A stretch of DNA of 64,000 nucleotides from positions 875,538 through 939,537 of the forward strand of contig JAAOMT010000128.1 in NCBI GenBank assembly GCA_016748015.1. The letters are read 5' to 3'. The notes under the pieces are model-generated. The model had not been told where the DNA came from, did no database searches, and saw only the letters and a program-made list of their open reading frames with translations. Made by a program: the position numbers and the translations under genes. This DNA comes from Geosiphon pyriformis uo1. Taxonomy: Eukaryota; Fungi; Glomeromycota. Below, piece after piece: positions 41,611 to 51,700 of this stretch. Numbering within the stretch: the first letter of the stretch is position 1; every line of letters starts with the position of its first letter.

Positions 41611-41671
41611 TAAACGAACATTAACCCCAAATTATAATGAACCAAGAAAAAAACGAAAACTAGAAACATAA
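41414..41671 (+). CDS. 85-aa TIR-encoded small protein with C-terminal NLS (PRKKRK)
   Basis: Intact ORF with ATG, TATATAAA ~20 bp upstream; decayed paralog in the right TIR (~47805-47605, minus). Confidence 0.6.
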   Translation: MKLVYIKSTMEPKNYSTIRSILKKEQGEKIAPYIFKMNDTKILEEYLDKEKITYEIYQEERKIITNKRTLTPNYNEPRKKRKLET

Positions 41672-42858
41672 AGCAAATATCTGGTTCTTTATAATTATCG
41701 ATAATCGGGACAAATTTCCATGATTCTTTATATACTGTTCAAGTAAGAATAGTATTAAATACGATAATTTTGGTTCGCTGTGCCCCATGTACTACAAATC
41801 CGACACAATTCATGACCAGCAAAACCTGTATCGTTTTAAAAACAATGGATAAGTATTAAAGGTAATAAAAAGGAAACACTAGAATAAATCATTAGGTTAT
41901 GATGTATGTTTAATGAACGCTTATAATTTTGAAATTGGTATAAAACCAGCAACATTTCACCCACTTTTCGCTTAAAAAAAACAAATTACATCGATCGAAT
42001 TGCAACCGTATTATCGAAAGCATAATTTTATCGTCTACAAAAATCAAATAACAATCCCACTCAAAATGTTCACTTTCGCTATTAAAATCTTCTGCGAGTT
42101 ACTGCTGCTGCTGATCGCTGGTACTTCGCTCTACCATAAAACTCACAATCAAGTCCGAATTATAGCTCAAACGCTTTTTCAAGCGATAAAATCAAGGACA
42201 ATTAAATGTGATATACTTTGTTTTTATTAAAAAAAATAAAAAAGTCAATATTGACAAAATACGTGTATCAATTATCGTAAATGTATCTGATTATTTCACT
42301 TGTTTCCGTAATTCATATGGAACTCTTTAGATAAAAAACAGAATTCGCAAAAATTGTTCTTTAGTCATCCCAGTCATATCATCATTATGTTCCTAAGTTA
42401 CCACTCATTATAGATAATAGAATGGTCAATAACCGAATTACATACGATACGCCAGCTTGAAATTACGAGATTCGTATTGTTCCCGTTTCCAAAAGTGCGG
42501 AGAGCTATGCAAATACACAATACTATGAAACGTCATCAGGAGTACAGTGGCAACAATCAGGCAATCTGATTTGATGCATGTCCATTGTTCAGAACGTGAT
42601 TGTTCCCATGACGCAGAAGATATAAGCGAGCGATCCATTCCAGAGTTTTACTAACCATTTCATATCTCTATTCATTTGTTACAGCATTTGTAGCACACAA
42701 GCGACCATTCTAATCCAAAGTTTGTCATTCCCCACTGCAAAACATTTGTAGTTCAACTACTTCGTTACGCTGGAAGAAACAAAAAGAACAACAGACCACA
42801 TATACTTTATTCCTAATATTACTATCACCTCTTTTTTTGACCGAGTAGGAACCGCTGT

Positions 42859-44190
42859 ATGTCCGGTGGGTTCAGTCGGCTTCCTACCTTGAGTAACAAA
42901 AATCGTCTTCAAAAAGTCCGCAGTTCTCAGAGCTCAATGTCCAGTTGGTTGTGGGTTCTCCTTGAAGGTCAGGATGACCCTGTTGGGGTGGATGCTTCAG
43001 GTGTACAGGATCTGTTCAGGCTTATCCCTCGCATCAAGGAGGCATTTCCAGAAAAGCTCTCGTTCATTCCCCCAGGCAATATACAGCTTTTGTCTAGTGA
43101 CAACCGCACGCAACCACTTCCAAAGGGCACTCTTATCACATCCATCAATACTACAGATATCTCACCCCTTGTCGTTCGTTATCCATTCTCTGACTGCACG
43201 ATCATGATCCGCTGCAATCTGTCGAACAGCTGGTTCAGGCAACAATGGCCGCATTCCAGTGGACTTTGGCATATTTTGCGTGGTGCCGCCCTTGAACAAT
43301 TTTCTCCGCTGAACGGATCTGAAATCTTTTTTGTGGTCAAGGATCCAGCTGAGCAACAAATAACCAACGAGTTCCAGTTCAACAGAGTCATTCAGGATGC
43401 TCCAACTGATGATAATGGTAAGCACCAGATCAGCTTATCCATACGGGTTAAGGGTAAGAAGGCATACGGGGAATGGGACCTGCGTGATGTCCTCCAGAAC
43501 ATCTTACGCAAAAGTTGGTCATCACTCAACAGCGCCCCTCGCCTGAACTTGGACGAATTCGAAAAAATAGAAGTCAGCGACGATACTTTTAAGCTGCTCA
43601 TAGAGGAGCTTCAAAAAAATGCAGATGTATTCCGCGACGTGACGAGGAACGAAATGACGCGCAGAGAGTTTATCTCTCCATTCTTAACCACGGCTGTAAA
43701 GCATTTACAAGTAAACGAACCGCTTATTGCGCTTAGAGCTGAAGAAGAGCTTAATGGGAGCCGTGGTTTTGGTCCTGTGGACTACACAGTCGTCTTCGAC
43801 GATATCGTGATATGCGTAACGGAGGCAAAAAAAATGGATTTCGACAAAGGGGCAGCTCAAAACATAGTACAAATGCACAGTGCCGTGGAGAGCTTAAGCA
43901 AGCGCAAGCGAGAAGACACAAATTTGGAAGATTCCGAGGAAGTTCCAGTTATGGTGTATGGGATTGTGTCAAATGCCCGAAACTGGCTATTCTTGCAATG
44001 GGCAGGCACAGAAAACGATCCAGTCCTATATGTATCTGATATGCAATCGTGCAACTTCGGTAATGCTGAAATAATGAAGATGGAAGCAAAAAACATCGCA
44101 ACGTACATCATCGCAATCCTACAAGAGCAGATTCGCGGATTAAACACAGAACGTCGTCGTGTTCCGAAGAAACCCAGATTGTCACATTAA
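42859..44190 (+). CDS. Crinkler (CRN)-type protein: ubiquitin-like N-terminal domain(s) + PD-(D/E)xK restriction-endonuclease-fold domain + NLS (alternative start 42937)
   Basis: WVLLEG..IKEAFPEKL..IQL..PLVVRYP header; NEMTRREFISPFL, EEELNGSRGFGPVDY, VTEAKK, GAAQNIVQMHSA, VYGIVSNARNWLF; KRKR and RRRVPKKPR; intact 443-codon intronless ORF. Confidence 0.85.
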   Translation: MSGGFSRLPTLSNKNRLQKVRSSQSSMSSWLWVLLEGQDDPVGVDASGVQDLFRLIPRIKEAFPEKLSFIPPGNIQLLSSDNRTQPLPKGTLITSINTTDISPLVVRYPFSDCTIMIRCNLSNSWFRQQWPHSSGLWHILRGAALEQFSPLNGSEIFFVVKDPAEQQITNEFQFNRVIQDAPTDDNGKHQISLSIRVKGKKAYGEWDLRDVLQNILRKSWSSLNSAPRLNLDEFEKIEVSDDTFKLLIEELQKNADVFRDVTRNEMTRREFISPFLTTAVKHLQVNEPLIALRAEEELNGSRGFGPVDYTVVFDDIVICVTEAKKMDFDKGAAQNIVQMHSAVESLSKRKREDTNLEDSEEVPVMVYGIVSNARNWLFLQWAGTENDPVLYVSDMQSCNFGNAEIMKMEAKNIATYIIAILQEQIRGLNTERRRVPKKPRLSH

Positions 44191-44199
44191 ATGCACGTC

Positions 44200-44703
44200 T
44201 CATTGATAACATAAGAGGCGCGTGCAAAGTACTGCACAGCATAATTGGCTTGCTTATCAAAAATGAATCCGTAGGGAAAATTTCATTATAATAGTATAAT
44301 GCCCACCAATTTCTTATTTCGACGAGAAAGAAAATGTATCTTATGGTTGAACCAAAAGTCAGATGTAATGTTACTTTTGCCAGCTGGAAACCATCATAAT
44401 GTGTCTAGTGAACTTTTCTTTAGTCTTTTTCTGCCGTCCTCTTTGGTGAAAGTCGGAGCGAAATCATAATATTTATGTTTGGCGTATCTGTGTGATTCTT
44501 TTTTTGCTACTCACATCCTTTCTGAACCTATGCAAATTGCTATTAATTAGACTCAGTTTACAATTGTACTGCTTCACAATAAATGGATTTTGTCTACACA
44601 TTTTATGTGATTGCTGTAACTCAATGATTAGCGGGCACTATAACCAGTTTTCTCTTTCGAGTTTCAAATGGCAAATAAAATCCGAAATCTTTAGTTGAAG
44701 ACA
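44200..44703 (-). pseudogene. Possible cargo gene remnant divergent from the transposase
   Basis: Minus frame DVSSKKESHRYAKHKYYDFAPTF..DTL*WFPAGKSNITSDFWFNHKIHF..LVGIILY.. of ~100 codons with a single TGA; upstream ATG near 44703. Confidence 0.35.
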
Positions 44704-44838
44704 TATGTAAAGAACTATAATTGGGGTTTGAAAATGGATTATTCTCTCAGGTCTTACAGAAACCTGTGACTTTTTGTAAGCTTATTGCTAGTAAAGACCT
44801 AAAAAGTGATAAAATTATATATATAGGATTATTCGTAC

Positions 44839-46573
44839 ATGAAGAATAGTGAATATAATAATAATGGTTCTGCCGAATACAGAAACGCCATACGTTTCTT
44901 GGAATTAGGTTGCAATTGTGGTTGCTCAAAAAAGCTTCCGAGAGAAGGGTTTGCCGAATTACGTGAGGCGTTTCAAGCTCTCTCTAGATCTGAACAAGAT
45001 ATATTTTTAATGGCCCAACTGAAAGCAATGAATGGTGGGGAGATAACTGCCAGTCGACGTCTTAAAAAGAAAACGCGTACTAATATGAGAACTTTTTACT
45101 ACTGAGATCGCAATACGCCTCTTTGCCAGAAAACGTATCTTAATATGTTAGGAATTGGCCGCACTCATTTGGAAAATGTCAGAAATCACCTAGCGACGAA
45201 TGGCATGGTACCGGGTGTTCATGGTAACGTAAAACGAATGCCGCGATGGAAAACTAAAATAACCATTGATATAACCGTTGCTACCGCCGTGAAGAATTTT
45301 CTCGAAAACTATGCTGAAATTCATGGACTACCAAGTCCTGGTAGGAACATCAACCGCATTACTCAATCACTTACACTTTTGCCAGCTGAAACGAGTTATA
45401 AATCAGTCTATCGTGATTTTATTGCAGGTCTCGAAAACGATAGCACGTTGAAATTGTTAAAATATGATGCGTTTCGCAAGTTATGGCACCAATTAACGCC
45501 TTATATTCAAATTATGAGTCCACGAACGGATTTATGTGACACGTGCCAGCATTTTCGGAATGGCTTACAATATAATGCTCGCAAGGAAGAAGAAGCAAAA
45601 GATTTACTAAAACAGTACAAAGAACATTTAGTTAAGGCTAAATGAGAGAGAAACTATTACAATAAAAATACGAAATTAGCAGAACAACAGAGGAAATTGG
45701 TAGACGACAATTACGCTGTAACAGGAGGTAAAGCTGATTATTGTAGCGTTGATGCTACTGCTCATTTATAGTTACGATTGAGTACAAAATGTTCACGTAC
45801 CCCATTCCGATCAACAGGTAAGTAAGATTTATTATCTCAGTCCGCGTAAAGTAGTACGCGAACAAATTAATTACGTTCTCGATGAAGGCGAAATAATAGG
45901 CAAAGGTCCTAATGGTACACTGAGCCTGGTTTTCGATGGAATAAAGAAATTGAATAAAGGTGAAAAATATTTAAAAATTACTTGTGATAATGCGGGAGGA
46001 CAGAATAAAAATAATGTTACTATTTGATTTTACCTATATTTAGTAATTTGTGGTTATTATGAAAGTATCGAATTAAATTTCATGGTACCTGGACATACTA
46101 AATTCAAGTGTGATGGTAGTTTTGGATTGATTAAGAAACTATATCGCAAAACAACTGTAGATTGTGTGAATCATATTGTTGAGATTGTGAAAAAATCGAG
46201 CACAGCGGGATTAAATAAAGCTCAGTGTTATGACAACGGAAAAGGCTTTCAATATTTAGATTTCAATTCAGTGTTAGGAATTTTCTATAAGAAATTGAGT
46301 GGTATGCAAAAGTATCAGCATTTTGTATTCGAAGCAGCCAATCCTGGAGTTGTCAAAGCCCAGATGGTTGCTAATGGTGCTTTTACTGAATTTAATTTAT
46401 TGAAAACCAGAAAAGCAAGTGTTTCCGAAATTAGCAAAGAAATTAAATCCTTTTCAATCTTAATAGTAACCCCTCCTTCTTTGGATTACAGAAGGCAAGA
46501 ATACCTTTATCATAATATTCGTTCATTTGTCCGGGATGAATTCAAAGATATCACTTGTCCAGAACCAATCTAA
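44839..46573 (+). pseudogene. Sola-type DDD transposase, inactivated
   Basis: CNCGC, LCQKTYLNMLGI, VHGN, FRKLW..PRTDLCDTC, YSYD, GKGPN, CDNAGGQNKNN, FMVPGHTKFKCD; TGA stops at 45103, 45643, ~46025, frameshift near 45765. Confidence 0.88.
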
Positions 46574-46624
46574 TCTACACTGCCAATAAATAAAACATAT
46601 TTATATTACCAAAGCTGTAGAAAT

Positions 46625-47420
46625 ATGAATAATCAAAACAAAATTGATTCCCTTTACACTCTTATCAAAAAACAAGTCAAACTCAAAGAGAGAGAATTAA
46701 AAATTATTTGTGATTGAGATGAATGTTTACAAAGCAGTAAACCTTTTTTGTTGTGAAAAGCAGAAAAAAAAATTGCCACTCATAGTCTTAAAGGTCATAG
46801 CTCAGCCATTAATGCTAATGTAATAAATTCATGAGAATAATCCTACATTGATAAAAATGATCCAAATAAGAAGACAAATATTCAAAGATTAGTTTCTGGA
46901 GAATTAAAAAGAATTAGAACAAAACAAAAAGAGCAATATTATAGTGAACAATCTTCTTTTTATGATCATTCGCTTTTTTTGTCTACTGTCCAAAAATTAT
47001 TGCAGGCTTTAAAAGATGAACTAATTAGTAAATTAGTAATTGTAATTGCTTTTAAAAAAAAAAGCACTTTAAAGATTATTCAATAGGGAAAAAAAAAATT
47101 TAACAAAACTTGAAGACAATTTCCACAAGCCAAGGTTAATTTTATTAAAACTAAGGTTGTTTTAAAACAAAAATTAGTTCAATCTATAAGATAAGATTAT
47201 ATTAAAAAACATTATTCCAATTTTGATTTATATATTGATGACCATTCTCTTTCAATTAAGAAAACTAGTAAACTTATTCTTAACAGCTTTTATGTATTAC
47301 CAAACTTTACTTGTAGTAAATATTTTTAAGCTTCTAATATTTACCATCTCGAAACTAATACTACTGGTTTTAAAAATAAAGACTTTGTTATTATTGTCTT
47401 AGAAATAAAAAATTACTAGT
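46625..47420 (+). pseudogene. Decayed cargo ORF with a possible C2H2-like finger
   Basis: MNNQNKIDSLYTLIKKQVKLKERELKIICD*DECLQ..IATHSLKGH..; stops accumulate rightwards. Confidence 0.35.
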
Positions 47421-47604
47421 TAAAAAAAAAACTAAAATTTTTGCAAACACAAGAAAAAAACAGCTGAGTTTGTTGAATAGTAATCAGTGAATTACTATTT
47501 TTTTTTAGTTGTTTTAGTTATTAAAATTATAATAATAATAGTTCAGAAAAAAGGTTTTAGAAAAAACTAAAAAACCATGAACAAAGCAATAGCAAAGATT
47601 AAAT

Positions 47605-48047
47605 TAAGCCATTATTTTTCATTTTTCTTGAGAAATTTTATAAGTAATTTTTTTTTGTCTAGATATTTCTCAAAAATTTTGGTATCATTGATTTTAAAAA
47701 TATACAAAGCAATTTTTTTTTCTTGAGTTTTCTTTAGAATACATTTAATAATACTATAATTCTTGGGTTTTATAGTAAATTTAATATAAATTAGTTTTAT
47801 ATATTTTATTTTTATATAGAGATAATCTTATATTAATCCTGTTATAATTTATATTCATTATATTTTAATATAATAAAGTGAATATTAAAATTAACAAGTT
47901 CACTAGTTATGAATAAGCATTATTATATTTTTTCAAAATATTATCAATTATATTAATTAATTTTACTACCATATCATAAAATTAGTTTTTTTATTTATGT
48001 TATATAATTAAATATTTACTTTGTTTGGTTTTGTTATAACATGTTTT
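47605..48047 (-). repeat. Right TIR (heavily C>T/G>A eroded)
   Basis: Reverse complement AAAACATGTTATAACAAAACCAAACAAAGTAAATATT..ATTATCTCTATATAAAAA..CCCAAGAATTATAGTA.. Confidence 0.85.
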
Positions 48048-48705
48048 ATATAACAGTAATATCAGAAGTGGAAAAAAACAGACAAGTAATTAGTAACAAG
48101 TTAGTTATAAAATATTTTTTACTTTAAAAAATAGTTTTTTATATCTTAAAGCAAAATTCTATTCATATTAATAAAATACTTAATTACTATTTAATCTATA
48201 TTATTATCAATTAATTATAAATAATTGTTACTTTTACATTATCAACAATTTATGTTAATAAAATCTGATATTTAACTACACTAAAACAATAGCTTTTAAT
48301 CATAACTATTAATAAGATATTAATTTTTTATTTCTTTTTTTATTTTTATTTTATTTTATTTTATTTTATTTTATTTTATTTTGTTTCTTTATTGTTTACT
48401 AAATTGATTAAAAAATTAAATAATAAAATATTGATGTCAAAAATAACTTAGTAAAAGATCTGTAAAACAAAGATAAAAACTTAAAAATAGTTTATCAAAA
48501 AGGCATAACTGCCAGATTAAATTAATTTTTATGCTAGAAAAAAAATTCAGAAAAAACTACTATTTGAATCTCTATCTATTATACAAAAAATTTAACCAAA
48601 ATTTTTAAATTAAAAAACTTTCAGAAACTATTAACAATATTAGCTATTAAGTACTAAGTTATAAATTTGTTATTTATTTTAACATTTTAATAATTATCTG
48701 TAATA

Positions 48706-51700
48706 AAAGTTATTAACAGCAATTTTAACAAAAATATTACATAACATATTAAATTAAATAAAAAAGTATTTACTAAAAAAAATTATCCAATATTTATTAA
48801 AAATTAGAAAAAACTTACTAAGCTAATTTTTAGGTTTTTAAATAAAAATAATAATAGTAATCTATTAAATAGAAATCTAGCATAAATTAAAAACAGTCTT
48901 TATCAAAACTAATATACTTATTTATATATTACAATTAGATAATTTTTAATATTATTATTTAATCTAAAGTTATATTAAAAATTAATCATAGTATGATCTC
49001 CAAAGAAAAATCCAAACTTATAATATTTAGTGCTTTTTATAAAATTTAAATTTATTTTATTTTAGCTACCTAAATTTTAACAATAATTAATTGCATAAAT
49101 CAATAAATTAAAATAGTAAAACAAATACTTACTAATTCTTTTAGTTAAAATTTATATTACTAATTTTAAAAAAATTAAGATTATTTAATAATTGTCTTTT
49201 AGTTGAATTAATTTTCAACTACTATGTGTACTATCGAATTTAATACTTATTAAAACAAGATCCAAAATCCCAAAAACAAAAACAAAGCTTATATTAAAAA
49301 TTAATTTTATATATTATGTTATTTAGTACATAATTATTCTTAATAACTTTAGTACAAATACACTAAAAAATTGAAAAATACTTCCAATAAAGTTTTCTAT
49401 TTATTTTTAATAAAAACAAAAAAAAAGACAGTAACCAAAATAATTAACAAGAACTAAAAATCTCAATATAAATATCTCAATAAAAAACATAGATTAATAG
49501 TAAACACTGATTTTATTATATAAAAAACTTCAAGTTATATTATCAAAAATTTCATTCTACTATCTATTACCAAATAACTAAATTAATATATTATTAAAAG
49601 TTGTATTCTTATCTATCACAAAAACAATCTTCTAAATTTTTAATTATATACACATTTTATTCAAAAAAAATTCTCTAAAAAACTTATTTTAAGAAGATAT
49701 TTGTTGTAATTTTTAAACTTATCATTTTTACAATTAAATTTTTAGGCTGTTTGGAAACTTGAATCTAAACTTAAGCTTAAATCTAAGAACGGTATATTAG
49801 AAAAAACAAAAATTGTTTTGAGTAAATCAAAACCAAAACTCATAATTTTTCCTATTTAAATATTGCTCTTTATATTGCAAAATTAATTAACTTTACTATA
49901 AAAAAAAATGCTTATACTTGGATTAAAAAAGCACAAAAAACAATTTTATCAAATAATTAGAATAAGATTTACAATTTCTAAACTTTATTTTTCTTTCTAA
50001 AAGATACAGCTAACTTTTAATACCAGAATTTGGATTTTAAATTTAATATTTTTGTAATTTTAATATTATTATTAAACTCTAAAACAAATTCAGTACTATT
50101 AAATAACAGCTTAGTAAAACAGTAATTAAATACTTTAGTAGGTTTAATTATGTTTTATAATAAATTAAAATCATAAAAAACAACTATTACACAGCTTTTC
50201 AAATTCTTAATCAATTTATAAGAGAATTAAAAAATAGCATTCTAAAATAAATAAGATTACAACATTTAAAAAATCTATTCTAAACTGTTATATTAGCCCA
50301 AGATATTAAATTAAGAAGAAACTAATTATAATAAACTAATTAACTTAGTAATAAATAATAATAATACCAAACATTTTTTTAAAATTATGGTTATTAAAAC
50401 CAATGTAAAAACTAATAAAATATATTTATATGTTATTATTGCCAAAAATACAAACATATCAAAGTCAAATGTTAATTACTGCAGTTTTATTAAAACTTAC
50501 AAAAAAACAATTTATAAAACCTATCTTTTAGCAATTAATACATAATATTTTAGAATTAATACTTAGTACCAATTTAATAGTATTGTTATTAAAAGATTTT
50601 TACACTTTTCAATACAAAAATTATAACATATACAATAGAAATTAGTATTAAAATTATGTAAAAAAAGTCTATCTAATCATACTTAATCAACAAAATCAGC
50701 CAGCAATCTAAAAATAAATAATCAATAATTAATCCAATTATAACAAAGAAATATGACACAATCCAACAATTTAACTAAGTTGGATATAAAAAAATCTTGG
50801 CAAACCAAGAAAAACCAATAGAAATGAATATTGATATATGTAATCTAATAACAACAGGCTTTATTATGTTCCAAAATTTTCATATACTCTTATTGAAACA
50901 ATTTAACATTTCAGATCTGTGATTAATAGTTAAAAATAGTTACCAAGAAATGTAATTAATTAATCTACTTTTGATTATATTAATCATAATTACAATTAGT
51001 ATTATTGATTTACAATCAATGTTTTAGATTCAGCCATCTAAATTTGATTATTTAAAATCATTAGCTTTTGAAAAAATAATAGACTGAGTAAGCTTATTAT
51101 AAATTAATTAAATTAAAATATATAAATAATTGATGTATCTTAAAATAGTCTTAATATAGTATATAAATCTAATGTAATTTAGCTATATATACAGCTTTTC
51201 TGTTAGCTCAAAAAAGTATCAGTTCAATATTAAACCAACTCTTTATTATAGTTTTTATAGTAAACAGTTAAGTTCTTTTCTTTATACCTTACTTTTTTTT
51301 TTCTTTTTCTATGTTTTAAATACTTGTTATTACAATTTCAAGTATGTCTTTTTATATTTTTTATTACCATTTGGAATTATGTTGTTTCTAATCTCTTACC
51401 TACTTATTATTACCATTTTAAGTTTTTCTATTATTTTTGATCTTTTAAATTATGTGTTATTACTATTTCACATTAAGTTTTGTTTTACTGAACAAGTTGT
51501 TAAATTATTAAAATAAGTAATAAAATATCTCATTGTTAGAGAGTAGTCTCAACAATAAAAAGTTTAATTGAAATCTATTTCAGTTATGTTTTACTTTTAT
51601 AATTTTTTTACCATTCCTATAATTTCACTTTCAAAGCTAAACATTTAAACACCACACTTTTTTAACAACTAATTAAAAAAATTCTGGTTACATATTTATT

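Larger units (their letters stand above)
41180..48047 (+). mobile_element. Sola2-type DDD DNA transposon (~6.9 kb) with long TIRs and cargo genes
   Basis: ~430-bp inverted repeats, GGGG left terminus, ATAT TSD (41176-41179 / 48048-48051), Sola-type transposase inside, cleanly interrupts an LTR. Confidence 0.82.
41038..48705 (+). repeat. LTR (family of 7286-8166) split in two: 41038-41179 and 48048-48705
   Basis: Starts TGTTACTCATAG with the GGAATTCC array; resumes after 48047 with ATATAACAGTA..AGAAG..ACAGA matching the LTR TATATATAGCAGTAG..; ends ATCTGTAATA (decayed ATCTGTAACA). Confidence 0.8.

Noticed and set aside
42962-44147. Overlapping alternative-frame and antisense ORFs in the CRN gene (likewise in the AAA ATPase, MATE and Gypsy regions)
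   Set aside because: Shadow ORFs of real coding sequence with no motifs
41171-48055. Reading the inverted repeats as two opposed TG..CA LTRs
   Set aside because: The TGTATATAT and ATATAACA ends belong to the interrupted host LTR; the true termini are GGGG and decayed CCCC with an ATAT duplication
41034-48709. TSD for the split LTR
   Set aside because: Flanks ATAA and AAAG do not match convincingly; decay and inter-LTR recombination cannot be distinguished
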